A stretch of 64,000 nt of DNA from Candidatus Micrarchaeota archaeon (GTDB taxonomy: Archaea > Micrarchaeota > Micrarchaeia > Anstonellales > Bilamarchaeaceae), in assembly GCA_043812915.1 (NCBI GenBank), contig JBDRLQ010000016.1:36318-100317 (forward strand), read 5' to 3'. Under the pieces are notes generated by a model that was not told the origin of the DNA, searched no databases, and saw only the letters and a list, made by a program, of their open reading frames with translations. Of this stretch, positions 18,704-28,099 are shown one piece after another. A program made the position numbers and the translations under genes. Position 1 is the first letter of the stretch, and every line of letters begins with the position of its first letter.

Positions 18704-19230
18704 TACTAATGGAAATTCTAAGAATACCCGCAGAGAGAGTGAGCATCCTTCTCGGAAAATACGGAGAGACCCGGAAGAAGATAGAGGAAAAGTGCAACAT
18801 CCGGCTGCAGGTGGATCCTGATGGGGAAGTGCAGATGGAAGGGGACCCGGCGGACATTTTCCTTTCCAAGGACGTAATCCAGGCAATCGGCAGGGGCTTC
18901 CCGCCCAGAATCGCCCTGAAGCTGGCAAAAGATGATTTCAACCTAATCATTTTCCCGTTGAGGGAGATGCTCTCCACAGAGAAGACCATAACGCGCATGA
19001 AAGGCAGGGTAATAGGGGAAGACGGCAAGATGAAGACCGAAATCGAGAGCGCGACCGAATCCTATATCTCGGTCTATGGCCATACGATAGGGCTGATTTC
19101 CAGGATCGATACAATAAAGTATGCCAAAGAGGCAATCGAGATGCTCCTTAGCGGCGCGCCACACTCAATCGTATATGGTTACCTTAGAAAGGCAAAACGG
19201 GGGATAATCGAAGAGCGGCTGAGGTCCTGA
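18700..19230 (+). CDS. KH-domain RNA-binding protein (aDim2/Pno1-like)
   Basis: Two KH-like modules, including IGxxG-like loops (VIGEDGKMK). Start overlaps the upstream stop (ATGA). Confidence 0.65.
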   Translation: MILMEILRIPAERVSILLGKYGETRKKIEEKCNIRLQVDPDGEVQMEGDPADIFLSKDVIQAIGRGFPPRIALKLAKDDFNLIIFPLREMLSTEKTITRMKGRVIGEDGKMKTEIESATESYISVYGHTIGLISRIDTIKYAKEAIEMLLSGAPHSIVYGYLRKAKRGIIEERLRS

Positions 19231-19288
19231 TTATGTTGTAAAAACCCTAAAAAAAGTTTTATAAATTTCCCTTAACATTATATTTTCT

Positions 19289-20584
19289 ATGACAAATGCT
19301 TCTGTTGTTCAGAATGGCCAGGTTAACTCCAAGAGGCCTTTTGTTGAGATGGCATTTCCCAAGCCCGTCAGGAAAGCCTTCAGGTGGATGAATTATAGAT
19401 TCAATGAGCATGGCAGTGTTATCCATACGCTTGCAAAAAGCCTGCCCGAAGAGCAGAAAGCGCAAGTGGATGAGCATGGCAAGAGATTCTGTGCCGCGCG
19501 CTTGAAGAAGAATGTGCCAATGGGCTTCAGGACTGTCCTAACCTCACTCGTTATAGGTCAGGGTATGTGGTATCTCGTCTGCCCGTGGCTCTCGCACCAG
19601 CCCGGAATAGAGAATATGGCAACTCTTCCAAGGTGGCTTCTAACAGGTGGGCTCGACAAGCTTTTCCTGACTCATGAAGGCCTGCTTTACCATACGGATG
19701 GCTACAGCCGCGATTTCGCGCTTGGGCTTGCCAGCAGGGTTCCACAGACAGTTGGTGTCGGGCTCGCGCTTTTCGCTGCCGAAATTGCAACTGATTTCTC
19801 AAGGTGCTGGATAGAGAGGTGGCAGCAGAAGACATGGGGAATCCTCCCGGATGGGGCTGCCAGGCTATATGGCCAGGCAAGGCCCTTCCCGGTAAGGTAT
19901 TCCAGCCTTGAGGCTTACCAGAAAATAATCAGCGTTGCGCTCCGCCCCTGGGCTCTTGGAACTCCGGCGCAGATATTCAGCAGCATCACGGGCATCTTCG
20001 GCTCAATATGGCGGACCGGCCCGCAGGTGCTCTTGGTTGCGACCCTCGGCCGCGGCCTCGATAAGTTCTTCAAGAAGGCCGCCGGGTGGACGAGGCTATC
20101 GAAAATCGCCAATAAAATCTTCGAAGCCGGAAAGAAGGAGGAAGAGAAAGCGCTTGAGGATATCCGGAAAGCTGTTGGCAACAAGAAGTCGGTTGCCCTC
20201 GATTTCATGCTCGCGGCCGATTCAAAGCTCCTCTTCAAATTAAACCCGTTCAGGCAGGGCATTACCCTTGAGAACGCGGAGAAGGCAGCTGAAATCACAC
20301 TAAGGGGGACTGAGCTGGAAGAATACCTTCTGACGACTGCCTGCGGCGATAGGCATCTTATTGATGTCCAGCTGGAATTCAGGAAAACGCTTGCAGAGTG
20401 CCTTGTGGGTGTCGATGATATATTCGGGAAGAAGGCACTTGCCAAGGTCCCTGACTATCAGGAATTGATGGAACTGATGGACCGCCCTGAGTGGGACAAC
20501 TCCTCCATCGGGGATATGCATGAGGCTGCAGAGCTCCTGGGCGCGACATTGGAGAACCTGCGCACAGAGCGCGTCATCCGCTGA
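19289..20584 (+). CDS. hypothetical protein (431 aa)
   Basis: Long ORF with host-like composition. A TATA-like TTTATAAA lies 23 nt upstream. No recognisable family. Confidence 0.5.
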   Translation: MTNASVVQNGQVNSKRPFVEMAFPKPVRKAFRWMNYRFNEHGSVIHTLAKSLPEEQKAQVDEHGKRFCAARLKKNVPMGFRTVLTSLVIGQGMWYLVCPWLSHQPGIENMATLPRWLLTGGLDKLFLTHEGLLYHTDGYSRDFALGLASRVPQTVGVGLALFAAEIATDFSRCWIERWQQKTWGILPDGAARLYGQARPFPVRYSSLEAYQKIISVALRPWALGTPAQIFSSITGIFGSIWRTGPQVLLVATLGRGLDKFFKKAAGWTRLSKIANKIFEAGKKEEEKALEDIRKAVGNKKSVALDFMLAADSKLLFKLNPFRQGITLENAEKAAEITLRGTELEEYLLTTACGDRHLIDVQLEFRKTLAECLVGVDDIFGKKALAKVPDYQELMELMDRPEWDNSSIGDMHEAAELLGATLENLRTERVIR

Positions 20585-20654
20585 AAAAACGGCTAAACGG
20601 TTTTAAACGTTCCTTGATATTTCTCCTTTTGTTCTTTAATTTCGGTGACCAGTC

Positions 20655-22271
20655 ATGACAGATGGAGAGAAGATTTTCAAACAGTTCAGAGAGCACTCTG
20701 TCGCAGAGTTCTTCAAGAAGAACCGGCAGATGCTCGGTTTCACAGGCAAGGTCCGCTCGCTCACGATGATTGTGCACGAGTTCGTGACCAACGGGCTTGA
20801 TGCGGCCGAGGAGGCGGGCATCCTTCCGGATATTTTCGTGAAAGTTGAGGAACTGGGAGATGAGCATTACAGGCTGACAATCAGGGACAACGGGCCAGGA
20901 ATCCCCAAGAAGCACCTTGGGAAGGCGCTTGGCCAAATGCTTGCCGGGACTAAGTTCCACCGCTTCATCCAGCAGAGGGGCCAGCAGGGCATCGGCGCCT
21001 CGGCATGTGTTATGTTCTCGTATATCACAACTGGAACCTCCGCGCAGGTCGTCTCCTGCTCTGGCAATATGAGATACAGCTGCTCAATAGGAATAGATTT
21101 CAAGACCAACAGCCCTGTAATCAAGGACCTTGTGGAAGAGGAGACTGAGGATCATGGCCTCACGGTAGTTTCTGAATACAAGGAAGTGAAATACGAAAGA
21201 AGCAACAAGGGGGTCTTCGAATACCTGAGAAGGACCGCGCTTGCAAATCCCCATTGTTCAATCACTTTGGAGGAGCCGAGCGGGGAGAACACGGTATTCC
21301 CCCGCTCCGTAGAGAAGAATCCCGCAAAGCCGTATGAAATCAAGCCGCACCCTATGGGGGTTGGTCCGCACGACTTATTGGAGCTGTGCAGGCAGCCGGG
21401 GGAGAACAGGAAGCTCTCGGCATTCCTGCAGAACACCTTCTCCAGGATGAGTGCCAACAAGGTCTCTGAACTTAGGGAACTGGCGCCCGGAGTCGATTTC
21501 GACAAGAGGCCTGAGAAGCTTGAATGGAGCGAGGCGGAAGCGGTCGTGAAGGCGTTCCAGCAGGTCAAATGGATTGCCCCACCGACGGACTCTCTTGTCC
21601 CTATAGGGAAGGAGCAGATAGAAATCTCATTCCAGAATATTTTCAATCCTGAAATCATGATGGTGACTGGAAGGAGCCCGAAAATCTACAGGGGCGGAAT
21701 CCCGTTCTCCGTGGAAGTCGGAATCGCCTATGGGGGCGGAGTGCGGGACGCTGGAAAGCGCGGGGAAGTGATGCGCTTTGCGAACAAGGTGCCGCTCCTC
21801 TTCGACACCGGGGGCTGCGCGATTACAGAGACCGTCAAGGGGATGGACTGGAAGCGCTACAACCTCAAGAACTTCGAAGAGGAGCCCGTTGCCGTCCTGG
21901 TCAATCTTGTCAGCGTACATGTACCGTTCACTAGCGCGGGCAAGCAGGCAATCTCCCATGAGGAGGATGTGATGGATGAAATCAAGTTCGCGCTCATGGA
22001 GGCCTCAAGGGGGATACAGAGGTATCTCTCCGGAAAGAGGAAGGCCAACGAGATCGCCTCAAAGAAGAAGGTCGTCAGCAGGTATGTCAAGCAGATATCA
22101 TCAGACCTGGCGATCCTAACGGGCGGGAAGAAGTCAGAGATAGAGAAGAAGCTCACGGAAATAATCAACGAGAAATACGTTAAGGCTAAGCCTTCCAAGG
22201 AGGAGGATGAGCTTCCGACAAGGGGGGAAGCAGAGCCGGAAGAGGATGCCAGGGAGGGTGATGAGGAATGA
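20655..22271 (+). CDS. top6B: DNA topoisomerase VI subunit B
   Basis: GHKL/Bergerat motifs EFVTNGLDA and DNGPGI, and the transducer domain. Confidence 0.9.
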   Translation: MTDGEKIFKQFREHSVAEFFKKNRQMLGFTGKVRSLTMIVHEFVTNGLDAAEEAGILPDIFVKVEELGDEHYRLTIRDNGPGIPKKHLGKALGQMLAGTKFHRFIQQRGQQGIGASACVMFSYITTGTSAQVVSCSGNMRYSCSIGIDFKTNSPVIKDLVEEETEDHGLTVVSEYKEVKYERSNKGVFEYLRRTALANPHCSITLEEPSGENTVFPRSVEKNPAKPYEIKPHPMGVGPHDLLELCRQPGENRKLSAFLQNTFSRMSANKVSELRELAPGVDFDKRPEKLEWSEAEAVVKAFQQVKWIAPPTDSLVPIGKEQIEISFQNIFNPEIMMVTGRSPKIYRGGIPFSVEVGIAYGGGVRDAGKRGEVMRFANKVPLLFDTGGCAITETVKGMDWKRYNLKNFEEEPVAVLVNLVSVHVPFTSAGKQAISHEEDVMDEIKFALMEASRGIQRYLSGKRKANEIASKKKVVSRYVKQISSDLAILTGGKKSEIEKKLTEIINEKYVKAKPSKEEDELPTRGEAEPEEDAREGDEE

Positions 22272-23365
22272 ACGACGATCGGGCGATGAAGAAGCTGGAA
22301 GGCCTTGGCGTGAATATGGTCAAGGAGATCGACAATGGGGATGGCCCCAGTTTCGAGACTGTGCTAAGGACCAGGAGCAACACTTTCTATGACGAGAGTG
22401 TCGGCTGCCTCAGGACCGGCGACAAGAAGGAGACAAGGAAATTCCTGAGCGTTGCCCAAGCAAGGACCTTCATGCAGACAGTCGCTGTCGCGGCAAAGAC
22501 CCGCCAGTTCCTGAAGGAGAAGCTCCACACATCAATCAGGGGCCTTTTCTACCAGCTCAAGTTCTCCTTGGGCGAGAATCTTGATGAGGAGCTTTTCTCA
22601 GAGCAGTCTGAATCGAACGCGCTGCTTGAGGACCTGGAAGTAGCCCTCAGGCTCAAAAGGGAAGACCTGCACCTTACAACAGACAGGAAAGGCTTCGTTG
22701 CCGGCCCGATGAAAATCCGGGACAAGTTCGGCGGGGACGAGACCGTAATCGACGCTACCAAGCTCGGCAGGTCCGGCTGGTCAATCCCGAGCGATGTTGA
22801 CAATGACATGGAAATCGAGGAGGTGAAAGCCGACTATGTCCTTGTCTGCGAGAAAGATGCGCTATGGCAGCGCCTCAATGAGGACAAGTTCTGGAAGAAG
22901 GAGAACTGCATACTTATTACCCCAAAAGGCCAGTCCTCCAGGGGATGCAGGCGCATTATCCGCAAGTTGGCGGATGAGAAGCTTCCGGTATACGTATTCA
23001 CTGACTGCGATGCCTGGGGGTGGTACATCTACTGGGCGATAAAGACAGGTTCCATGAACCTTGCGTACCTCGGGCAGGACTTCTCAGTGCCTGAAGCCAA
23101 GTTCCTGGGGGTGACAATGCAGGACATCCGCGACTATGAGTTCCTGGATAAGCTCACGATAAAGGCCAAGGAAGTGGACATCAAGCGCGCAGCTGAGATG
23201 CTGGAATATCCATGGATAAACCGGCACAAGGAGTGGGTGAAAGAACTCAAAGAGGTCCTGAAGACGAAGAAGAAGATTGAGCAGGACGCCCTGCAGGGGC
23301 AGAAGCTCACTTTCGTCGGGGAATATGTCAAGAGCAAGATTGAGGATGAGGCCTGGCTCCCGTAG
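22268..23365 (+). CDS. top6A: DNA topoisomerase VI subunit A (Spo11-like)
   Basis: Toprim DxD (FTDCDAWGWYIY). Start overlaps the top6B stop. Confidence 0.9.
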   Translation: MNDDRAMKKLEGLGVNMVKEIDNGDGPSFETVLRTRSNTFYDESVGCLRTGDKKETRKFLSVAQARTFMQTVAVAAKTRQFLKEKLHTSIRGLFYQLKFSLGENLDEELFSEQSESNALLEDLEVALRLKREDLHLTTDRKGFVAGPMKIRDKFGGDETVIDATKLGRSGWSIPSDVDNDMEIEEVKADYVLVCEKDALWQRLNEDKFWKKENCILITPKGQSSRGCRRIIRKLADEKLPVYVFTDCDAWGWYIYWAIKTGSMNLAYLGQDFSVPEAKFLGVTMQDIRDYEFLDKLTIKAKEVDIKRAAEMLEYPWINRHKEWVKELKEVLKTKKKIEQDALQGQKLTFVGEYVKSKIEDEAWLP

Positions 23366-23447
23366 CATGGGCTCTCCTCAAGGGAGGCAAGAAAAAATAG
23401 ATTTTTTTACTTTCCTTTTTTTCAATTTAGCGTCGAATTTTGCATAC

Positions 23448-23477
23448 ATCTTGCCAAAACATTTATAAATCTTGCCA
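23448..23477 (+). promoter_or_regulatory. promoter of the beta-helix surface protein gene: TATA-like TTTATAAA (23462-23469) flanked by 9-bp direct repeats ATCTTGCCA (23448-23456, 23469-23477)
   Basis: Read directly from the sequence. The TATA box is 24 nt upstream of the ATG at 23493. Confidence 0.45.
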
Positions 23478-23492
23478 CAGATTCCTCCCCCT

Positions 23493-26400
23493 ATGCGAGC
23501 CAACGTTGTAATGATTCTGACCATGGTTTTAGTGTTTTCCTCCCTGGGATTCGCCCAGTTCACATTCGGCCCGGGAGACCCGGCAAACGATTGCAGCAAC
23601 CCTGCATTCGGGACTATGACCTTTGCTGCCTCAGGCACATATACCTGGGTGGGCGGCCCTAGTATGTTATATGACAACACTACAGGCTCTGGCCCTAACG
23701 GGTTCAATTGCATAGATGTGGTGGCTTCCGATGTGGTCATAGACTGCATGAACAATGTTATTGATGGCAGCGCAGGTAATGGTGACATCGGCATATATAT
23801 CGCATTGGGAGTTGACAACGTCACAATCAGGAACTGTGTCATACAGGAATTCGGATGGGGGTCCGCTGGCGGGGCAGGGCACAGGCTAGCTGTCGGCAAC
23901 ATATTCGTTGATGGTGCGACAGATGTCGTGCTGGACAGTTCAAACCTCACATTCATCTTCTCTTCGCCCGGCTTGGGGGACCATATCGCCTACAATGCCC
24001 TAATATCTACGTCAGGGCTCACGCTGAACAATTCGCATCTTCTGACGTTCATGCCCCCTGTCCCTGGATCCAATGCGGCAGGCATAGCAGGCAGGCTTGC
24101 CGATGGCTCGCAAATATCGGCGCCTGTTGATGATGTCACAATTGAGGCCTCAAGCATCGAGCAACAGCCGACACACGGCGCTTGGATAGATGGCGACAAC
24201 GTGCAGGTTTATGGCGGGAGCATATTCGAATGGAATACTCTTAATGGCCTTTACATTAACGGTGCGAATGATTACATCGAGGGCAACACTTTTAATAACA
24301 ATATGGGGACCGGGCTTGTGATGTCCAATGCTTATAATTCGCAGGTTCTCTCCAATGACATGATTGGGAACGGCAATTACGGTGCTGCCTTCGTCCTTGC
24401 GGAGGATGTTTATTTCTTTGACAACAACGCCTCGAACAATGGGGGCGGAGGCCTTATCATCGAGGAATCGGAAAATATCACCGCAGAGGAAAATGAGATG
24501 AGCGGAAACACGGATGAAGGAATCTGGGTGGAATCCTCCGGAGTTGCGAATACGGACATCCATATCCTCTCCAATATTATATACGATAATGACTATGGAA
24601 TTGTGATGGAGAATTCCGTTGATTCTGAAATCGACGGAAATGAAATCTGGGACATCAACAATGCGGGAATCCACCTTGAGGGCGTCGACCCGACAACCGT
24701 AAGCGACAATGACGTGGCATTGTGCGACCAGGGCATCTACGCATGCGACGTGCAGTACGTCACTTTCGAATGGAATGAGATTCATGACAACTCAAATGAG
24801 GGTTTCTATCTTGAAGTTGGATGCGACCCGGGAGCGGTGAATGAGTACATCACCTTCGACAACAACGAAATATACAGCAACGGTGATGACGGAATCTACG
24901 CGGCATACACAGACTACATAACGATGACTGACAACCAGGTATATGGCCACGGCTCAAGCGATGGTGCGGAGCTTTACTGGTGCTATGCGCCCGAGATATA
25001 TAGTGACAATAACTTCTCGCTGAACAGCGACAACGGCCTTTACCTCAACACATGGTGCGATGATGCGGTCGTCTACGACAACACGTTCTCAGACAATGAT
25101 TTCGGCTTCAGGATGTACGACGGGTTCAACCTGTATCTCTATGACAACCGGTTCTGGGACAATGACGGCTCAGCAGGTGCATACATAGTCGATTCCGACA
25201 CCATCAATATTTACGACAACGAATTCCTTGGGAACAGTTATGGTGTCTATGCGGACCCGACCACCAGCATAAACATCACAGGAAATACGATAAACGACAG
25301 CACGAATTCAGGAATATACTACGACACCATTATGACGAGCTATATCTACAACAACTATGTAGGGTACAGTGGGGATGATGGAATTGAAATAACAGCTTCC
25401 GACTCTGTAGACATTATAGACAATGTTGTGGAGGAAACCAGCTCTGGGGACTGTGTTTACATAGTTAATAGCCCCCTTTCCAATATCAATGGCAACACGC
25501 TCAGGTACTGCGACAGCGACGGAATCGAGCTTGATAATGCGGAGTTTACGACCATCGACCCCAATTATATACATGACTGCGGGGATAATGGTATCTACGT
25601 GGCGGGCGGTTCTGATTCTGTGACGATAGACGGCAACTTCATATATGACAACCAGATTGGTCTCTACATGGAGGACGGCCTTGCAACCGTCACCAACAAT
25701 GAGGTATATGACAATGACGAGCAGGGCATATACCTGGATGGAGCATACGATGGCGTCTTTGAGGACAACATTGTCTACGACAACGGCTATTCTGGCTATT
25801 ACTTGGACATCAACGCTAACGGTAACACGTTCACCGATGATGTCCTTTATGGAAACGGCTATGACTGTGTTTTTGACTGGGATCCAGAATGCTATGGATT
25901 CTATATAGCCAACAGCGATGATCCTGAGCTGATTAATGTTGTTTCGCGCGACTCCTGGGCAGGGGTGTGGTTCTCGACAGTGAACAGCCCAATTCTGACT
26001 GATGTACGGGTTTACGGGAACACTGAGGATTCTCTGTATATGGAAGGGGCCACAAATATAGATTTCACTAGGGTCGAGCTCTACAACAACGGCGGATACG
26101 GTTTCTACTTCGATTCTGCCAGCACTGGAACAATGACTGACTGTACAGTCCACGACAACGGGCCAGCAGTGTATGGTATTGAGCTGTATGGCGCCAGTGA
26201 CATCACTGCGGACAACCTGCAGATATACAACCATGTGGATGCATGGCTGTATGTCGAGTCCGGTTCCACGCTTGACACAACTGACCTGACAATCGGCTAC
26301 AATACTTTATATGGCGCCGACTGGCCCCCAACCACAATCTTTGACGGGGCTCAGAACACTGACATCTATGACACCAACTTCCTTATCGGGCCTGACTTCG

Positions 26401-27602
26401 TCTCAATGGACAGCACCGACCCGGATACGGATGAGATGAATGTCGCAGGTGTCACTTTGAGGACCCAGGTCGGAGGATGCACTGGCATCACTTATTATCA
26501 TGCGGCAGGTTTCCCTGCAGATGCGGATGAGGTGATTGCAACCGGGGCGCCATTCACTCCAGGCACCAAAGGGTGCGTCGGTTCTGTTGCGACCTATGAG
26601 GCTTCACTGAACTTCTCAGGATACACCGCAGGGGGGACTCTCTCATCCAGCGGTGGAAGCTCTGCAGAGACCAAGAGAATGACGGTCGAGTCAGAGATTC
26701 TCTGCCCGGGCGATGAGGTGGAACTCACAGTCACACACAGCGGTTCGCCAGTTGTTGGAGTGAATGTTGAGCTCACCCAGTACAACCCGTATATGGGGGT
26801 TGTCGCAAGCGGCACCACCGACAGCAATGGGAAGGTGACCCTTGACCTGCCTGCTAGCGGTGTCTACAGGGCTCATCTGAGCAAATCAGGCTATACTTAC
26901 CTCAATCCGTATGTCTTTGAGCACTCCTTGTGCTCAGGGATGGCGCCTGGCGCCTGCAGGACGGATTCCGGATGCGCCCCTGCCGAAGCCTGCGTGGCTG
27001 GCAGCTGTGTCGCCCTTACAGGCGACTGCGGCTATGCCTCGGGGCATGTCTGGATTGACTATGGGTGCTGCTCCAATGCGGACTGCGCGGCCGGAACAAG
27101 CTGCGTGGGCCACGTTTGCATGAGTCCTGAGGAGGAAGTTCATGAAGGCGCTCCAGGGGAAGGCACAACGCCTCCGGGAGAGGTAATCGCGGAAGAGGAT
27201 GCAGATGCTGCTGCAGCGGCCCTGACAGCGCTTGATGAAGCCACCGGAGCAATCTGGGAGGCTGACCAGGCCGGGAAGGACACAACTGCCGCCAAAGCGA
27301 AGTTCATGGAGGCCCAGAATGCCTACAACTCAGGCGACTATGCCAAAGCCAAGGAACTTGCCGAGGAAGCCAAGAGATTAGCTAATGAAGCCGCGGCGCC
27401 TGCGGAGGGTGCAATTCCTGAAGCGGGCGTTGAAGGGCAGCCTACGGCTGGACAGCCGCCAGCAGCGTCTTCAGGCGGACCTGGCATGCTTCTCATAATA
27501 GTGGGCGTGGTAATCCTTATCGCTCTTGGGGCCGGTGCATACTGGCTCCTTGGCCAGGGCAAGCCAAAGGGCGGCTACAAGCCAAAAGGCGGCAGCCAGT
27601 AA
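23493..27602 (+). CDS. giant (about 1370 aa) cell-surface protein: signal peptide, long right-handed parallel beta-helix (PbH1/NosD-like) repeat region, Cys-rich module, CarboxypepD_reg-like domain, Ala/Glu-rich linker, C-terminal TM anchor
   Basis: Dozens of short Asn/Gly/Ile-rich pseudo-repeats (NxGxGI/YxDNxxY style) typical of beta-helices. GVNVELTQ...GKVTLDL...GVYRAHLSKSGY resembles a transthyretin/CarbopepD_reg fold. C-terminal hydrophobic helix plus KPKGG tail. Confidence 0.7.
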   Translation: MRANVVMILTMVLVFSSLGFAQFTFGPGDPANDCSNPAFGTMTFAASGTYTWVGGPSMLYDNTTGSGPNGFNCIDVVASDVVIDCMNNVIDGSAGNGDIGIYIALGVDNVTIRNCVIQEFGWGSAGGAGHRLAVGNIFVDGATDVVLDSSNLTFIFSSPGLGDHIAYNALISTSGLTLNNSHLLTFMPPVPGSNAAGIAGRLADGSQISAPVDDVTIEASSIEQQPTHGAWIDGDNVQVYGGSIFEWNTLNGLYINGANDYIEGNTFNNNMGTGLVMSNAYNSQVLSNDMIGNGNYGAAFVLAEDVYFFDNNASNNGGGGLIIEESENITAEENEMSGNTDEGIWVESSGVANTDIHILSNIIYDNDYGIVMENSVDSEIDGNEIWDINNAGIHLEGVDPTTVSDNDVALCDQGIYACDVQYVTFEWNEIHDNSNEGFYLEVGCDPGAVNEYITFDNNEIYSNGDDGIYAAYTDYITMTDNQVYGHGSSDGAELYWCYAPEIYSDNNFSLNSDNGLYLNTWCDDAVVYDNTFSDNDFGFRMYDGFNLYLYDNRFWDNDGSAGAYIVDSDTINIYDNEFLGNSYGVYADPTTSINITGNTINDSTNSGIYYDTIMTSYIYNNYVGYSGDDGIEITASDSVDIIDNVVEETSSGDCVYIVNSPLSNINGNTLRYCDSDGIELDNAEFTTIDPNYIHDCGDNGIYVAGGSDSVTIDGNFIYDNQIGLYMEDGLATVTNNEVYDNDEQGIYLDGAYDGVFEDNIVYDNGYSGYYLDINANGNTFTDDVLYGNGYDCVFDWDPECYGFYIANSDDPELINVVSRDSWAGVWFSTVNSPILTDVRVYGNTEDSLYMEGATNIDFTRVELYNNGGYGFYFDSASTGTMTDCTVHDNGPAVYGIELYGASDITADNLQIYNHVDAWLYVESGSTLDTTDLTIGYNTLYGADWPPTTIFDGAQNTDIYDTNFLIGPDFVSMDSTDPDTDEMNVAGVTLRTQVGGCTGITYYHAAGFPADADEVIATGAPFTPGTKGCVGSVATYEASLNFSGYTAGGTLSSSGGSSAETKRMTVESEILCPGDEVELTVTHSGSPVVGVNVELTQYNPYMGVVASGTTDSNGKVTLDLPASGVYRAHLSKSGYTYLNPYVFEHSLCSGMAPGACRTDSGCAPAEACVAGSCVALTGDCGYASGHVWIDYGCCSNADCAAGTSCVGHVCMSPEEEVHEGAPGEGTTPPGEVIAEEDADAAAAALTALDEATGAIWEADQAGKDTTAAKAKFMEAQNAYNSGDYAKAKELAEEAKRLANEAAAPAEGAIPEAGVEGQPTAGQPPAASSGGPGMLLIIVGVVILIALGAGAYWLLGQGKPKGGYKPKGGSQ

Positions 27603-27618
27603 GAAACAGGTGACTGAT

Positions 27619-28083
27619 ATGAAAAAAATATTGGCAATTTTCGGATTTCTTCTCCTTTCAGGAGTGGGCTTCGCGGCAATCGGCCCGATAATAGTAAGGC
27701 CCCCGGTTCCAACCGACCCTTTCCTGCAGGCCAGGTTCAATAATGCGGATTGTTGGGCTGGCTATGGAATGGACATAATCAGCGATGCGCAGGGCTATTA
27801 TCCAGACCCGCCCCCGGCGCCCGCGTACTTGCAGACGATTAGTGATGAGATATTCGCCCAGAGGGACATCTTGGCCGGTTATCTCGTCGACGAAAATGTC
27901 GTCGCCTTCAATGCGCAGTACCTGGTCGTAATGAGCTATGTGCAGCAGGCCAAGGCGGCTTACAGGACCGAGGCAAGATATGCCATAGGGCAGGGCTGGG
28001 AAGCCCGCGGGGACATAATAACTGATTTTAATGGCCAGAGGAGCAACCTCATCAGCTGCCTTGCTATGCCGGTTCCAGGATAA
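27619..28083 (+). CDS. small secreted hypothetical protein (signal peptide MKKILAIFGFLLLSGVGFA)
   Basis: Clear Sec signal peptide. Immediately downstream of the giant surface-protein gene. Confidence 0.55.
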   Translation: MKKILAIFGFLLLSGVGFAAIGPIIVRPPVPTDPFLQARFNNADCWAGYGMDIISDAQGYYPDPPPAPAYLQTISDEIFAQRDILAGYLVDENVVAFNAQYLVVMSYVQQAKAAYRTEARYAIGQGWEARGDIITDFNGQRSNLISCLAMPVPG

Positions 28084-28099
28084 TTTTTTTCCTTTTTTT

